Shown piece after piece: positions 10,245-19,658 of a stretch of 64,000 nucleotides of DNA. The stretch's first letter is position 1. Each line of letters opens with the position of its first letter. The position numbers and the translations under genes were made by a program. The DNA is from Escherichia coli. GTDB lineage: Bacteria; Pseudomonadota; Gammaproteobacteria; Enterobacterales; Enterobacteriaceae. The stretch lies in NCBI GenBank assembly GCA_032372955.1, contig GCA_032372955.1_4725.1. One strand, given 5' to 3'. Under the pieces are notes generated by a model, which was given only the letters and a program-made list of their open reading frames with translations, was not told the origin of the DNA and searched no databases.

Positions 10245-11694
10245 ACTCGGTGAAGTGTGGTTTATAACCAGCCTGCCATGCGGCGGTCATGGCGTCGTAG
10301 TTGATGTGTGAAGTGCCTGCCGGGAATGTCCAACCACTCAGATCCTGATTGAACGCGAAGCACCCAGACAACATATTGTTTGCATTCTTAACAGACGAAA
10401 CATCCCACGAACCGATCGGTTGGTTGAATGTAGCGCAACCGTAGAAGAGGTCCTTCATTGAAGTAATGTTGCGGGTGTTCCATTTGGTGATGTTCACGTC
10501 GTTAATAACGCTGCATCGCGTAAACATACCTTCTAACGATGTCCAGTATGCCGGGATATAATCGGGAACCTTAGTTAAACTGTTCGCCGCAAGGAATGAT
10601 GGGGCCTTAGGTAATCCGTTGTTCCAGTCAACGATTTCAGTGATGTTACCACCGGTGAAGCTTTGCTGTACCTCTGTATCTTCAACATTGGTAGGGGTAC
10701 CCGTAGCGACGATCGTACGTTCCGTAGTGTCCGCATAAGTGTGCCGATATTCATTATCGCCTGAGTCCTGCGTCGTCTTATTCCCATCACCCCAATCGAT
10801 ATTGACATTTGTCCAACCATCTAATGACAATATAATGCTGCCGCCTTTTGTTTTAAGAACGTATTGGATTGGTTTAGGTGAAGCGTGACCAACAACCATA
10901 GCACCCTTAAGGCTACCGATAACCCAATCTTTCTTGGTGGTTACCAGTAACTCGGCGTCACCGTATGACCGCACCTCTACTCTACGAGCGTCTTCGCTTC
11001 CGTTAATTGTCTGCATTGCTTGTTGCATTTGTTCGCTGGTAATATCACCATAACGAACCATGACGTTCAGGATATTCTGGAAGTACGCAGCGTCAAGGAC
11101 ACCTTCAGTTGTTTCGGCATTTCCGTTTTCGCCGATAACCGAGGTTGTTGCTAACAGTAACGAACCAGATGTGTCAGCTTCAACGCCATCCAGATAAACC
11201 AGATTCGTAAGATTGGTTTGCTTGATGATCGTAATCAAGCTCAACGTATCGTTAGCGATATTGAACTGAAGATTACCAGCCCAAACATAAGACGTGTTTG
11301 CAACCGGAACCGTAATGTCTTTAATACCGGTGTCTTCGAACGTAATCTGCTTATTCAGCTCGGATTCGAGGAAGTCGACGGTTGTGTCGAATACCAATCC
11401 GTAACGTTCAGCGATCGTGTTGATGATATCCCTTACGGCGGTATCATTTTTAACGATAACCCGTAACGGGATCCCAGTGAAGTTTTTAGCGATGTCTCGA
11501 CGGATATAGGTCAGGGACTGCTCGTTAAAGTAACGGCTAGCATCGTTCGGTTTGATCGTAACAACAACCGTTCCGGGCACTTCGCTTACCGGTTCAGTTA
11601 GTTCAAATTTTACGTCGTCTAATGTCAGCTGTAAGCTGTTTTTGCTATTTACTAACGCGAGAAGTTCGTCTTTCCAGCTTTGTTTGAGTTTCAT
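10243..11694 (-). CDS. putative receptor-binding/tail-fibre family protein: shared N-terminal anchor domain plus C-terminal DUF285/BspA-like repeats
   Basis: N-terminal ~130 aa paralogous to ORFs 53839..54366 and 60057..62669 (WKDELL..RRDIAKNFTGIPLRVIV..ERYGLVFD); C-terminal FYGCATFNQPIGSWDVSSV..MLSGCFAFNQDLSGWTF matches the DUF285 repeat pattern. Confidence 0.55.
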   Translation of the reverse strand: MKLKQSWKDELLALVNSKNSLQLTLDDVKFELTEPVSEVPGTVVVTIKPNDASRYFNEQSLTYIRRDIAKNFTGIPLRVIVKNDTAVRDIINTIAERYGLVFDTTVDFLESELNKQITFEDTGIKDITVPVANTSYVWAGNLQFNIANDTLSLITIIKQTNLTNLVYLDGVEADTSGSLLLATTSVIGENGNAETTEGVLDAAYFQNILNVMVRYGDITSEQMQQAMQTINGSEDARRVEVRSYGDAELLVTTKKDWVIGSLKGAMVVGHASPKPIQYVLKTKGGSIILSLDGWTNVNIDWGDGNKTTQDSGDNEYRHTYADTTERTIVATGTPTNVEDTEVQQSFTGGNITEIVDWNNGLPKAPSFLAANSLTKVPDYIPAYWTSLEGMFTRCSVINDVNITKWNTRNITSMKDLFYGCATFNQPIGSWDVSSVKNANNMLSGCFAFNQDLSGWTFPAGTSHINYDAMTAAWQAGYKPHFTE

Positions 11695-11793
11695 TTATTC
11701 TGCCTTATTAAATAAGTACAACGCATATACGTCATACGATCTTGCAACAAATACAGCATAAAGCTCTGCATGATGTCAGGTAGAGCTTCTTAA

Positions 11794-13875
11794 TCACCAT
11801 TCCAAGAACGCAGGTCGTGGTTTAATATCGTATTCCGTGGTGTTTACGGTAACGTATTGATCGTATCCTTCCATCGCCAACGTTTCTTGCAAGTTAACAT
11901 CATCTTGCTTGTTCACAACATATTTGACACCCGTGATTTCTTCAACAAGCTGTCGACTTAACTCCATGATTTCGTGGCTACGTGTAGAAACGTTACCCTC
12001 GCTTCCCGTATCTAACATGAAACGATAAATCCGAACAGGTTGCGTTTGCCCTACACGGTCAAGACGGCTGATGGCTTGGATTTCATCGGATGAACGCCAT
12101 GGGTTGTTCAGGAAAAGACCGACATTACACATCAGCATCGGAACCCCTTCAGCTAAGCTATCAAATGTTGCGATAGCGGGACCGCTGTCAGGATCATCGC
12201 GTAAGCGAGCAAGTATCTGGTTGATGTTCTTGTTGGTCTTCCCGTAAATGGGTTCAGGTAAGAAACCCGCATCACGAAGCATGTTGTCGACGCGCTCAAC
12301 CACCTGAACGTACGACGTGAAGATCAACACTTTGGCTTCAGCGTTGTTGATGTACCCTTCGAAGTCGATGTACTCCACCATGTCGACATGACACCGAATG
12401 CGGGCTGCACCTAGAACACGGGCCAACGCTTCACCCTGAATTTTCAACCCAACGTACTTGATGACACTCTTGGCGTCTTTGAAAGCAATCCTTAAATCGG
12501 AAGGAAGAACCGGCATGATAGAACGTTTTTCAAACGCATTGCAGAACATCGCATCTTCTTTGTCTCTGACGGGATCGTAACCTTTCTGGAAACGAGCGAC
12601 GATCGATTCGTATCGAGATAGCTCTTTACGTTCTCCGTCGGTACGAATAGTCTTACGATAGTAGTCCAAGGCGTCATCAAAAATCTTTCTGTAGTGTCCC
12701 CAGTTATCCTTGTAATACTTCGCCCGATCGCGTACAAATATCGCCATGTCGTCGCGGATACTCGAGATGGTATAATCGCTGCCGTTAGGGAGCTTCACGT
12801 AAACATCCTGAACTTCCGGTCGGGTTTTACGATAAGCTTCTTTAGGTACAACATGCATCATGAACCCAAGACGATGTCTGAGGATATCGTTAGCGCGACT
12901 GCTGGTTAAACCGTAAATCGCTTTGAAGCTATCGACCACCTGTCCTTGGAACATCGGGTCGATACAACCTAAACATGGGATCATCTCAGAACCCATCTGT
13001 TTAACGGGCGTACCCGACATAAACAAGACATGCACATCCGCATTCATGGTCTGACGCATCGTCTGTACGAGATCAACCAATCGTTGGGAACGTTGGCTGT
13101 TCTTGTCGTTGAAGTTATGGCTTTCGTCAACCACGATCAACACGCGCTTCGCTGTGCGTTTATGCTTGATCATTACATCGTTTAATAAACCCATCGACTC
13201 GTAATGCAGAAAATAATACTTATCGCTTTTCTGCAACTGTGATGGTGGCATTGTATCTGACCAGAACGCGGTTTCTGTTGCGGGGTCAACGATGGCTTTG
13301 TTTACATCGGATTGCCATGCTGAACGCATGGTGTTCTTAGGACAGCAGACCACAAATACATCGACGTTCATTGCGGCGCTTAAAGCCAATGCGGTGATTG
13401 TTTTACCGGCACCAGCACCCATCGCACACACGTATCCTTTCAGTCGGTATTTAGGTACGTTACGGTTATAGATGTCGATAAACTCATCTTGATAATCGAA
13501 CAGGGAGAGCGTTAGCATTTTGTTCATGCGTGCTTTATCGAGGATTGCAGGTTGTTCGATTGTGGTATTTTGCAGCCACGTTTCCTGCAGCAGTACCTCA
13601 ATAAGGTGTTTCAGCATGCGTTTGTTACTGCGGGTATTCTTTGCTTCGATGATCGTTTCGAGAATATAAACGAAATCGGGAAGGTAAAAGTTGTGGAGAC
13701 TGAGTCCACTAGAAGAGAAATTACGAAACATATGTTTCATAAATCGGGAGGTACCCCATATTCGCTGAATGTCATCTGAAAGACGCCAGGCATCGATACC
13801 CCCGATATGCACGGTGTTGTTACTCTGATTTTTAACCGCTATTCGGTTCATTAAACGATTGATTCTATCCAACAT
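11794..13875 (-). CDS. SNF2/DEAD-like SF2 helicase
   Basis: Walker A GAGAGKT, motif II VVDESHN, motif III FMSGTP, motif VI AISRLDRVGQTQPV; ATG at 13875 preferred over GTG at 13923, which lies inside stem-loop 13911..13939. Confidence 0.6.
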   Translation of the reverse strand: MLDRINRLMNRIAVKNQSNNTVHIGGIDAWRLSDDIQRIWGTSRFMKHMFRNFSSSGLSLHNFYLPDFVYILETIIEAKNTRSNKRMLKHLIEVLLQETWLQNTTIEQPAILDKARMNKMLTLSLFDYQDEFIDIYNRNVPKYRLKGYVCAMGAGAGKTITALALSAAMNVDVFVVCCPKNTMRSAWQSDVNKAIVDPATETAFWSDTMPPSQLQKSDKYYFLHYESMGLLNDVMIKHKRTAKRVLIVVDESHNFNDKNSQRSQRLVDLVQTMRQTMNADVHVLFMSGTPVKQMGSEMIPCLGCIDPMFQGQVVDSFKAIYGLTSSRANDILRHRLGFMMHVVPKEAYRKTRPEVQDVYVKLPNGSDYTISSIRDDMAIFVRDRAKYYKDNWGHYRKIFDDALDYYRKTIRTDGERKELSRYESIVARFQKGYDPVRDKEDAMFCNAFEKRSIMPVLPSDLRIAFKDAKSVIKYVGLKIQGEALARVLGAARIRCHVDMVEYIDFEGYINNAEAKVLIFTSYVQVVERVDNMLRDAGFLPEPIYGKTNKNINQILARLRDDPDSGPAIATFDSLAEGVPMLMCNVGLFLNNPWRSSDEIQAISRLDRVGQTQPVRIYRFMLDTGSEGNVSTRSHEIMELSRQLVEEITGVKYVVNKQDDVNLQETLAMEGYDQYVTVNTTEYDIKPRPAFLEW

Positions 13876-13910
13876 AATCGCGCTCGATTTAATAGAATGT
13901 ATGATAAAAA

Positions 13911-13939
13911 CTCCTCCCCACACCTTTCCTGGGGAGGAG
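13911..13939. promoter_or_regulatory. GC-rich stem-loop in a divergent intergenic region
   Basis: CTCCTCCCC(13911-13919)/GGGGAGGAG(13931-13939) between the start of minus gene 11794..13875 and plus gene 14084..14770. Confidence 0.4.
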
Positions 13940-14018
13940 GCCGGGGATGTCCCTTAAAATGACGTCATTCGACAATCCATAAAATACGATGGGCATCGAA
14001 ACGGACCAACACAAATCC

Positions 14019-14042
14019 TTTCACGGCTATATTACTTACGTG
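14019..14042 (+). promoter_or_regulatory. candidate phage promoter, TATATTAC-containing conserved motif (copy 1)
   Basis: TTTCACGGCTATATTACTTACGTG, 20/20 nt core identical to 43431..43450; about 45 nt upstream of ATG 14084. Confidence 0.45.
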
Positions 14043-14083
14043 GGTAAAGAAAATTTATTAATAGATTCAAAGAGGTACGTGCG

Positions 14084-14770
14084 ATGAAATCTTTATATTC
14101 GTTGGATTGTTTAAATTTCTTATCTCAGGAAACACGCGCTGAAGTAATTGAAAATATTCGGAAGAACGATCTTGCCCATCAAGAAGAACATGTGCTTGCT
14201 GTTGTTGAACTGGCAAATGAACTTGCTGATGTGGTTGGTATCATCAAGCCCACGGAACGTCGTCGTCTATTAACGGCTGCTTTTATGCATGATATCGCTT
14301 GCCACGAAAACAGAACATACCACCACCTTATCGGGGGTATTCGTGCGTCGGTTATACTGCTTCGTAACGAGCAGCATATTTTCACACCGGAAGACATCGA
14401 GGAGATACGCGTACTTATTGCTGAGCATCGTGCGTCGTATTCTGGTCCACGTAGCTCGGTTGCTTCTCAGGTGCTTCGTCTGGCGGATATGGGTCGTCTC
14501 GATAGCGAACGTTTTGGTATCCGTGCAATCGAACATCGTTACGGTCAGATGAGCAAAGAGTTCGCATTACAGGAAACCGCCGACTATCTTATTTCTAAAT
14601 TTGCGCCTGATGGCTACGCTTGGATTACGTATCCGGCGTTAGGTCAGCAACTTTATATGAAAGAGATTGCGGTGATTAAATCGCTCTGTGCGGATCGTGA
14701 TAAACTCATTGCTTATTTGGATGATGTTTATACGTATGTTGAAAAGAAACATGGTGAAATCATGTGTTAA
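14084..14770 (+). CDS. HD-domain phosphohydrolase
   Basis: H..HD..H..D pattern (EEHVLAV, AAFMHDIACHE, AEHRAS, LRLADMG); AGAGG RBS. Confidence 0.55.
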   Translation: MKSLYSLDCLNFLSQETRAEVIENIRKNDLAHQEEHVLAVVELANELADVVGIIKPTERRRLLTAAFMHDIACHENRTYHHLIGGIRASVILLRNEQHIFTPEDIEEIRVLIAEHRASYSGPRSSVASQVLRLADMGRLDSERFGIRAIEHRYGQMSKEFALQETADYLISKFAPDGYAWITYPALGQQLYMKEIAVIKSLCADRDKLIAYLDDVYTYVEKKHGEIMC

Positions 14771-14792
14771 ACATGAAAGCGGAGAATAATGA

Positions 14793-15275
14793 ATGAGTAT
14801 CGTTGATTTAACATTAACAGAAGTTGGTGATGGTATTGAGGTTTCGATGAAAACCTCCGACGATCGCACCGTTGTTGCTAAACTGGAAGAAACCCTGTAC
14901 GGCAATTACGTGGTGGGCGTTTCAGGGAAGGTGAGTATGTATCGCCTGGCTGGTATTTTAAGCGTCTTTGATGGGGGATTGCTGCCGTCCGACCAACTCG
15001 AGCTCCAGAACAAATTGATCGACAATGACTTCTACACGGAAAATGTGAAAGTCTTTGGTTACAGCATGATGGGTGGTGTATTTAGCGCCGCGACGAACAC
15101 GCTTAACTTCGGTACCCAACAACTGATTCAGTTCAGTATCGAAAAGGGTAAACTGAAAACGGCGTGGAAAGGCAGCGCTGCATTCACACCAACCGATCTT
15201 CTGCTTACTTCCGCAGAACAGCATTTAAAAGCAAGTAAATCGGGTCGTGCGTTTCTGGAGCAATTAAATCAATGA
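14793..15275 (+). CDS. hypothetical protein
   Basis: 160 codons, GGAG RBS. Confidence 0.5.
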   Translation: MSIVDLTLTEVGDGIEVSMKTSDDRTVVAKLEETLYGNYVVGVSGKVSMYRLAGILSVFDGGLLPSDQLELQNKLIDNDFYTENVKVFGYSMMGGVFSAATNTLNFGTQQLIQFSIEKGKLKTAWKGSAAFTPTDLLLTSAEQHLKASKSGRAFLEQLNQ

Positions 15276-15829
15276 CCCCGGCCATCTTCTTTATGTCGGA
15301 TACCCATTTTGATAGCGAGCGTACCTGGACGTATTCACGCCGTCCGTTCGCAAGCGTCGCTGATATGAACCAGCACATGCTGAAAGCCATCAACAAGCTT
15401 CCAAAGAACAGTGTGTTGTGGCATTTAGGTGATTGGGGTAAGTTCGAGTTCGTGGAAGCCATTCGTTCTGATATCCAGGTTCAATTGGTATTGGGGAATT
15501 GGGACGAAGACGCATACAAAGCAACAGGATTAAGCTTTGAAGCGTGGCGTGATAAATTGCTCGGTATGGGGTTTGCTGCGGTTTATGAACATCCGTTGGT
15601 ATTGCCGATTAGCAATGACGAATCCTACTGGCTATGCCATAAGCCCAGCGAAAGAAACCCAGGCTACTTTAATTTATTCGGTCATATTCATCGCTGTATG
15701 TTAGCGAAGGCTAACGGACTTAATGTCGGCGTTGATCAGCATTTCTATGCGCCGATTAGTTTGGACACCGTGCGTTTTTGGCGTAATGCGATAGAAAATC
15801 ATTACGACGAAGAAGTATGGATGGAGTGA
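15272..15829 (+). CDS. calcineurin-like metallophosphoesterase
   Basis: Motifs SDTHF (DxH), HLGDWG (GD), LGNWDED (GNHD/E-like), FGHIH (GHxH). Confidence 0.6.
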   Translation: MTPAIFFMSDTHFDSERTWTYSRRPFASVADMNQHMLKAINKLPKNSVLWHLGDWGKFEFVEAIRSDIQVQLVLGNWDEDAYKATGLSFEAWRDKLLGMGFAAVYEHPLVLPISNDESYWLCHKPSERNPGYFNLFGHIHRCMLAKANGLNVGVDQHFYAPISLDTVRFWRNAIENHYDEEVWME

Positions 15830-15839
15830 TCATTAACCA

Positions 15840-15866
15840 CCCTCCCTTCGGGGAGGGTTTATGCTG
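15840..15866 (+). terminator. stem-loop with UUCG tetraloop plus TTTATGCTG
   Basis: CCCTCCC(15840-15846) TTCG GGGAGGG(15851-15857) TTTATGCTG(15858-15866). Confidence 0.55.
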
Positions 15867-15895
15867 CGTTACCAGCACCTGTTAAGGAGATAAAG

Positions 15896-16171
15896 ATGTC
15901 TCGATCATCGACACACCCTGATCCCTGGAAACGATTTCTTAAGGAGCTTCATTATCATGTCGCAGCTCGACCCGGTTTGAGCGCACACCAAATGGAAATC
16001 GTTCTACAGGCGTTACTCATACGACACCCTCAAGTTACACGTATTAAATCATTCATTGGATCTGGAGAGTTCTATGCTTGCAAAAACTGTTTTAGCCGTC
16101 GTGACCATTACATCTACTTCTATTATCGCGCGGTTCCTTCGTCAATGACGGGTCGCGGTGTGGATTTTTAA
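15896..16171 (+). CDS. hypothetical protein
   Basis: 91 codons, AAGGAGA RBS; preceded by 10-codon uORF that starts in the TTTATGCTG motif. Confidence 0.5.
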   Translation: MSRSSTHPDPWKRFLKELHYHVAARPGLSAHQMEIVLQALLIRHPQVTRIKSFIGSGEFYACKNCFSRRDHYIYFYYRAVPSSMTGRGVDF

Positions 16172-16245
16172 CACATGACTACGGTAAAAATTAACGGTTT
16201 TTCATGTTCGTATAGGACATGAAAACAAACAATAAAGGCGTTAGA

Positions 16246-16680
16246 ATGAAGAATTCCATTGTTCGTCACGATTCGGATCGCGGGTTTTTTATCGATACGG
16301 ATATCCTTCACGATATTTATTTCAATGACGATCGTGAATTAGCTGAGCTTGTAGACCAACGCTCGGAGACAATCGTCGCTGCTGGAGGAATATTTAAACC
16401 TCAACGATGGGAGGGACTTGATGTTAGTATCCGTCCCATCATCAGCCGAGAAACGCCTTTTGAATTACTCTTTATTTTCTCACCCCGATCGTTACCTGAT
16501 GAACAACCGACAACGTTATCCTTAACGGCTGAAGTTGGTTATTGGTCGTACCATATCGAACAAAACGGCGTGGTACGTGAGGGTACGCTCGAACCTTTGG
16601 AATTAAAGAAGTTTCTTGGTACCATCAAAGACCAAGAACGTAAACGTAACCGTGCAATACGGAAACAAAACCGGAATTAA
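16246..16680 (+). CDS. hypothetical protein
   Basis: Track ATG 16219 lies inside an AT-rich hairpin; next in-frame ATG at 16246 used. Confidence 0.45.
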   Translation: MKNSIVRHDSDRGFFIDTDILHDIYFNDDRELAELVDQRSETIVAAGGIFKPQRWEGLDVSIRPIISRETPFELLFIFSPRSLPDEQPTTLSLTAEVGYWSYHIEQNGVVREGTLEPLELKKFLGTIKDQERKRNRAIRKQNRN

Positions 16681-16726
16681 TTTATTAGCAATCTCGACCA
16701 CAGAAATCGGTCACTTTTAATAGGAA

Positions 16727-17257
16727 TTGAAAAGAATGAAAAAGTTGTTTCTTGCGGCTTTATTTATTACGGCTTCAGCACATGCTTGGGATTATAGCGA
16801 ACTGGAAACCGGACACGCCAAACTAGGCACGATGTATACCTGGTCATCAGCAGAAGTCAGTGCACCAACCGCCCTGGAAGTTAACTGCTTGTCTACGGGA
16901 GGCGCGTGGGTAAAACTGGATACGGAAGATGAAGGTTATCAGGCACCTCTTCTTCGTGACTATCCGGGTATCGTTAAAATCACGATTGGAACCGTTGATG
17001 GAATCAGTTATTTCAATGGAGAAACCGATCTTAACTTCTGGTCGAAGGGTGGACAACAGCGTTTGGTGAACTTCGTTAGTGAATTGAATCAAGCGTTGAC
17101 CATTTCGGTGTTAACCGATGATGGTAAAACGTACCGCGTTCGTCCGATCGAACCGGAGATGCGAATCGATGTCCGTAAATGTCCAGCGGGTGTGCCAGCA
17201 ATGGTTGACCCCAACACGCGTACCGTACGCACACCTGAAGAAATGAACGCACTTTAA
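16727..17257 (+). CDS. secreted protein (signal peptide)
   Basis: N-terminal MKRMKKLFLAALFITASAHA signal-peptide-like segment. Confidence 0.55.
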   Translation: MKRMKKLFLAALFITASAHAWDYSELETGHAKLGTMYTWSSAEVSAPTALEVNCLSTGGAWVKLDTEDEGYQAPLLRDYPGIVKITIGTVDGISYFNGETDLNFWSKGGQQRLVNFVSELNQALTISVLTDDGKTYRVRPIEPEMRIDVRKCPAGVPAMVDPNTRTVRTPEEMNAL

Positions 17258-17264
17258 CATGGAG

Positions 17265-17308
17265 GAAGGTGGATGGGCGTACCCATCCACCTTCACGAGG
17301 CTATTATG
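17265..17308 (+). terminator. perfect 13-bp stem-loop followed by CTATTATGG
   Basis: GAAGGTGGATGGG(17265-17277) CGTA CCCATCCACCTTC(17282-17294). Confidence 0.5.
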
Positions 17309-17536
17309 GCGAAGAAACCAAAGAAACGTAATAAGAGATACAATCCGAATAAACGTTCGAAGTTTACGCTGGTTTACATGACGGACACTGAGTTCCAGGA
17401 AGCCAATCGACGTCATCGTTGTCTACGGGAAGCTTACCTCAATGAACATGGCTCTAAGGTTCTAACGGCTGCTGACGATGTTCCTGAAGAACAGTTTACC
17501 GATATTCAGTTATTCTTATCAAAAGGAATTCAATAA
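17306..17536 (+). CDS. small basic protein
   Basis: Track start 17273 lies inside perfect 13-bp stem 17265..17294; ATG 17306 follows ACGAGG RBS; N-terminus MAKKPKKRNKR. Confidence 0.45.
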   Translation: MAKKPKKRNKRYNPNKRSKFTLVYMTDTEFQEANRRHRCLREAYLNEHGSKVLTAADDVPEEQFTDIQLFLSKGIQ

Positions 17537-18492
17537 TGAAAACGCTTATTGATACGACATGCCCTCATTGCGGACACGACATTTCGCTGGCATCGATTCG
17601 TTACGATATGTTTTCGGATATGCCGTTGCCGAACACGTGCTATGTTTGTACTAGCTGTTTGAAAACCGTTAAGGTATTTGTTGTCGATAACAGCGCAGAA
17701 CGCCATATTTCGTTTTTACCATCGGATGAAAAACACGAAGCGATTTGGTCGATTATTTTCTCTAATACAACTCGCCCAGCCAATCCGTTTGTTTCCAGTA
17801 CATCGATGGCTGTTGATGTCGATTGTTTTATGTCTGAGTTAACCTTGGGTACCGTCGAACATATTAATGCGATCGCCGATCTTTATATTGGTCAGTCGTT
17901 GAATCAAGGGCATCTGTCACCAAACGGGACTCTCTGTATCGAAGGAGACAACTACGAAGAGGCGATGTCGCATTACCGCACGCATCTGACGATACCCATG
18001 CGCTACATCAGCGATATTCAAGAAGCCGCACTTTTCGCAACCGATCTTGCGTGGTTATTTAATGCGGTTATCCATCAAGCAAATGAGGGTACGTTGTTGC
18101 AGAAAGTTGATGGTAAGATCGGCTGGTGCCACAGCGTGCGTAGTGCGGTTGTGATCGATTACTTATTGCGTAATCGGTGGATTGCCCAACTGTTTAATTA
18201 TTGGTATCAATACGTCTTGGATTACGACGTTGAGCCGGTTCTTTACAGTGCTGATGGTAGCGTCTGGTTGTCGCATGGGTTTGTTAAAGGGCTGGATGTT
18301 GATGAACCCCTGTTCCTCTATCCACGAGGATTTCGGGAACTAACGTTTGATGAGGCAATGGAACTGTTAAAACAGGATAATCCTGTCAACCACCATGAAG
18401 AGAACGCTCGTCGATTCAGTCCTGATCGTAAAGCGACGGATCTGTCCGACAGCAATGCTTCGATAATTCCAGCAGATCGTGTCTTGCATTAA
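17536..18492 (+). CDS. hypothetical protein with N-terminal zinc-ribbon-like CxxC pairs
   Basis: CPHCGH ... CYVCTSC near N-terminus; 318 codons. Confidence 0.55.
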   Translation: MKTLIDTTCPHCGHDISLASIRYDMFSDMPLPNTCYVCTSCLKTVKVFVVDNSAERHISFLPSDEKHEAIWSIIFSNTTRPANPFVSSTSMAVDVDCFMSELTLGTVEHINAIADLYIGQSLNQGHLSPNGTLCIEGDNYEEAMSHYRTHLTIPMRYISDIQEAALFATDLAWLFNAVIHQANEGTLLQKVDGKIGWCHSVRSAVVIDYLLRNRWIAQLFNYWYQYVLDYDVEPVLYSADGSVWLSHGFVKGLDVDEPLFLYPRGFRELTFDEAMELLKQDNPVNHHEENARRFSPDRKATDLSDSNASIIPADRVLH

Positions 18493-18507
18493 CAAGGGGG
18501 TCTCGGT

Positions 18508-19350
18508 GTGAAAATCAGTTATCAGGAACAGGATCATCGCTGTAAACACTGTGATAAAGATCTTAGTAAACCGATGCTTGCAGCATACGGTCAACACGAA
18601 CCAACGGTGGTATGTGATGACTGCGCAAGCCGCTACTCACTTGTGCGTGAAGGTGATGATGAGGGTATCCAACTTAAGTTACGTGATACCCATGAATATC
18701 GACTTCGTGTTGTCGCGGTACTGGCTCCACCGTACCAGAAAGGGAAACCCCGTAAAGCAGCATGGACGTTCGCGGAGTTCGATGTGGCGATTGATAAACC
18801 GATTACGAAAGGTCTTTCACCGTTCAACGACATCGTTGAGTATAACAACATCAAGAACGCGGTTGCTGATTTGCTCCCATTATCACCACACAGTTGTGTC
18901 TATGGGGTTGGAACGTTACCGCAGGTGTGTTGTGTCTTACCACGAGAAACATATATATCGTTAGGTGCCCGACAACTGATTAAGTTCTTTGGGGTATATG
19001 ACGATATGCTGAGTAAGATCGGTGAGCTTCTGGTTACCATGTCGAAAACCAAAGACGTTAGCCGGAAGAACAAAGATGTGCGTATTAGTCATGCGGTTTG
19101 TGCGCATCTGATGGCGGGGTCGATGTGGTTGGGTGATTACGCTAACACGGTTATTAGCCAGCTCCCCATTTCGTACGAGGTTGTGTTTAAAGATGGCGTT
19201 TTCTACGGCGTGCGTCGTAAAGATACGGCTTTCCAGCTGAAGAATATCATTCTCGACTTACCTATCGATCATCTTATCGCCACTGTTATTTCTGATCCCT
19301 CACGCGTTGTCGACATGGTACGTGGAAAACTAAAAGGTAACCCAGCATGA
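18508..19350 (+). CDS. hypothetical protein with N-terminal zinc-ribbon-like CxxC pairs
   Basis: GTG start after GGGGG RBS; CKHCDK ... CDDCAS. Confidence 0.5.
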   Translation: MKISYQEQDHRCKHCDKDLSKPMLAAYGQHEPTVVCDDCASRYSLVREGDDEGIQLKLRDTHEYRLRVVAVLAPPYQKGKPRKAAWTFAEFDVAIDKPITKGLSPFNDIVEYNNIKNAVADLLPLSPHSCVYGVGTLPQVCCVLPRETYISLGARQLIKFFGVYDDMLSKIGELLVTMSKTKDVSRKNKDVRISHAVCAHLMAGSMWLGDYANTVISQLPISYEVVFKDGVFYGVRRKDTAFQLKNIILDLPIDHLIATVISDPSRVVDMVRGKLKGNPA

Positions 19351-19658
19351 AACGACTATCTGCAAGACAGGTGTCGTTGTGTTACTACGGAATGGAGTAC
19401 GATGCCTTAGCAAAATTGTTTCGTCAGTATCTTGAAGATCATCACCTTACCAACGATGATCTCTTTTCTTATTCTTATTTGAACTACCCGATTAACATGA
19501 TACGCTACTCGGAAGCCGAAGGCGAATACCTGGTGGTTGCTTCCGTTATGCGTTATCTGTTAGTTGATCTATACAAACGTCTGTACCTGCCGGAGAGACT
19601 GCGTATACAAGAAACATTAAGGAGACTTCATAGTGAGCGTTTTACGGGAAGCGTTTAA
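19347..19658 (+). CDS. hypothetical protein
   Basis: 103 codons, ATGA overlap. Confidence 0.5.
   Translation: MKRLSARQVSLCYYGMEYDALAKLFRQYLEDHHLTNDDLFSYSYLNYPINMIRYSEAEGEYLVVASVMRYLLVDLYKRLYLPERLRIQETLRRLHSERFTGSV

Noticed and set aside
16199-16225. AT-rich hairpin TTTTCATGT/ACATGAAAA overlapping the track start of ORF 16219
   Set aside because: The stem is AT-rich with low predicted stability, and it is unclear whether it is regulatory or coincidental; the gene start was moved to 16246 instead.
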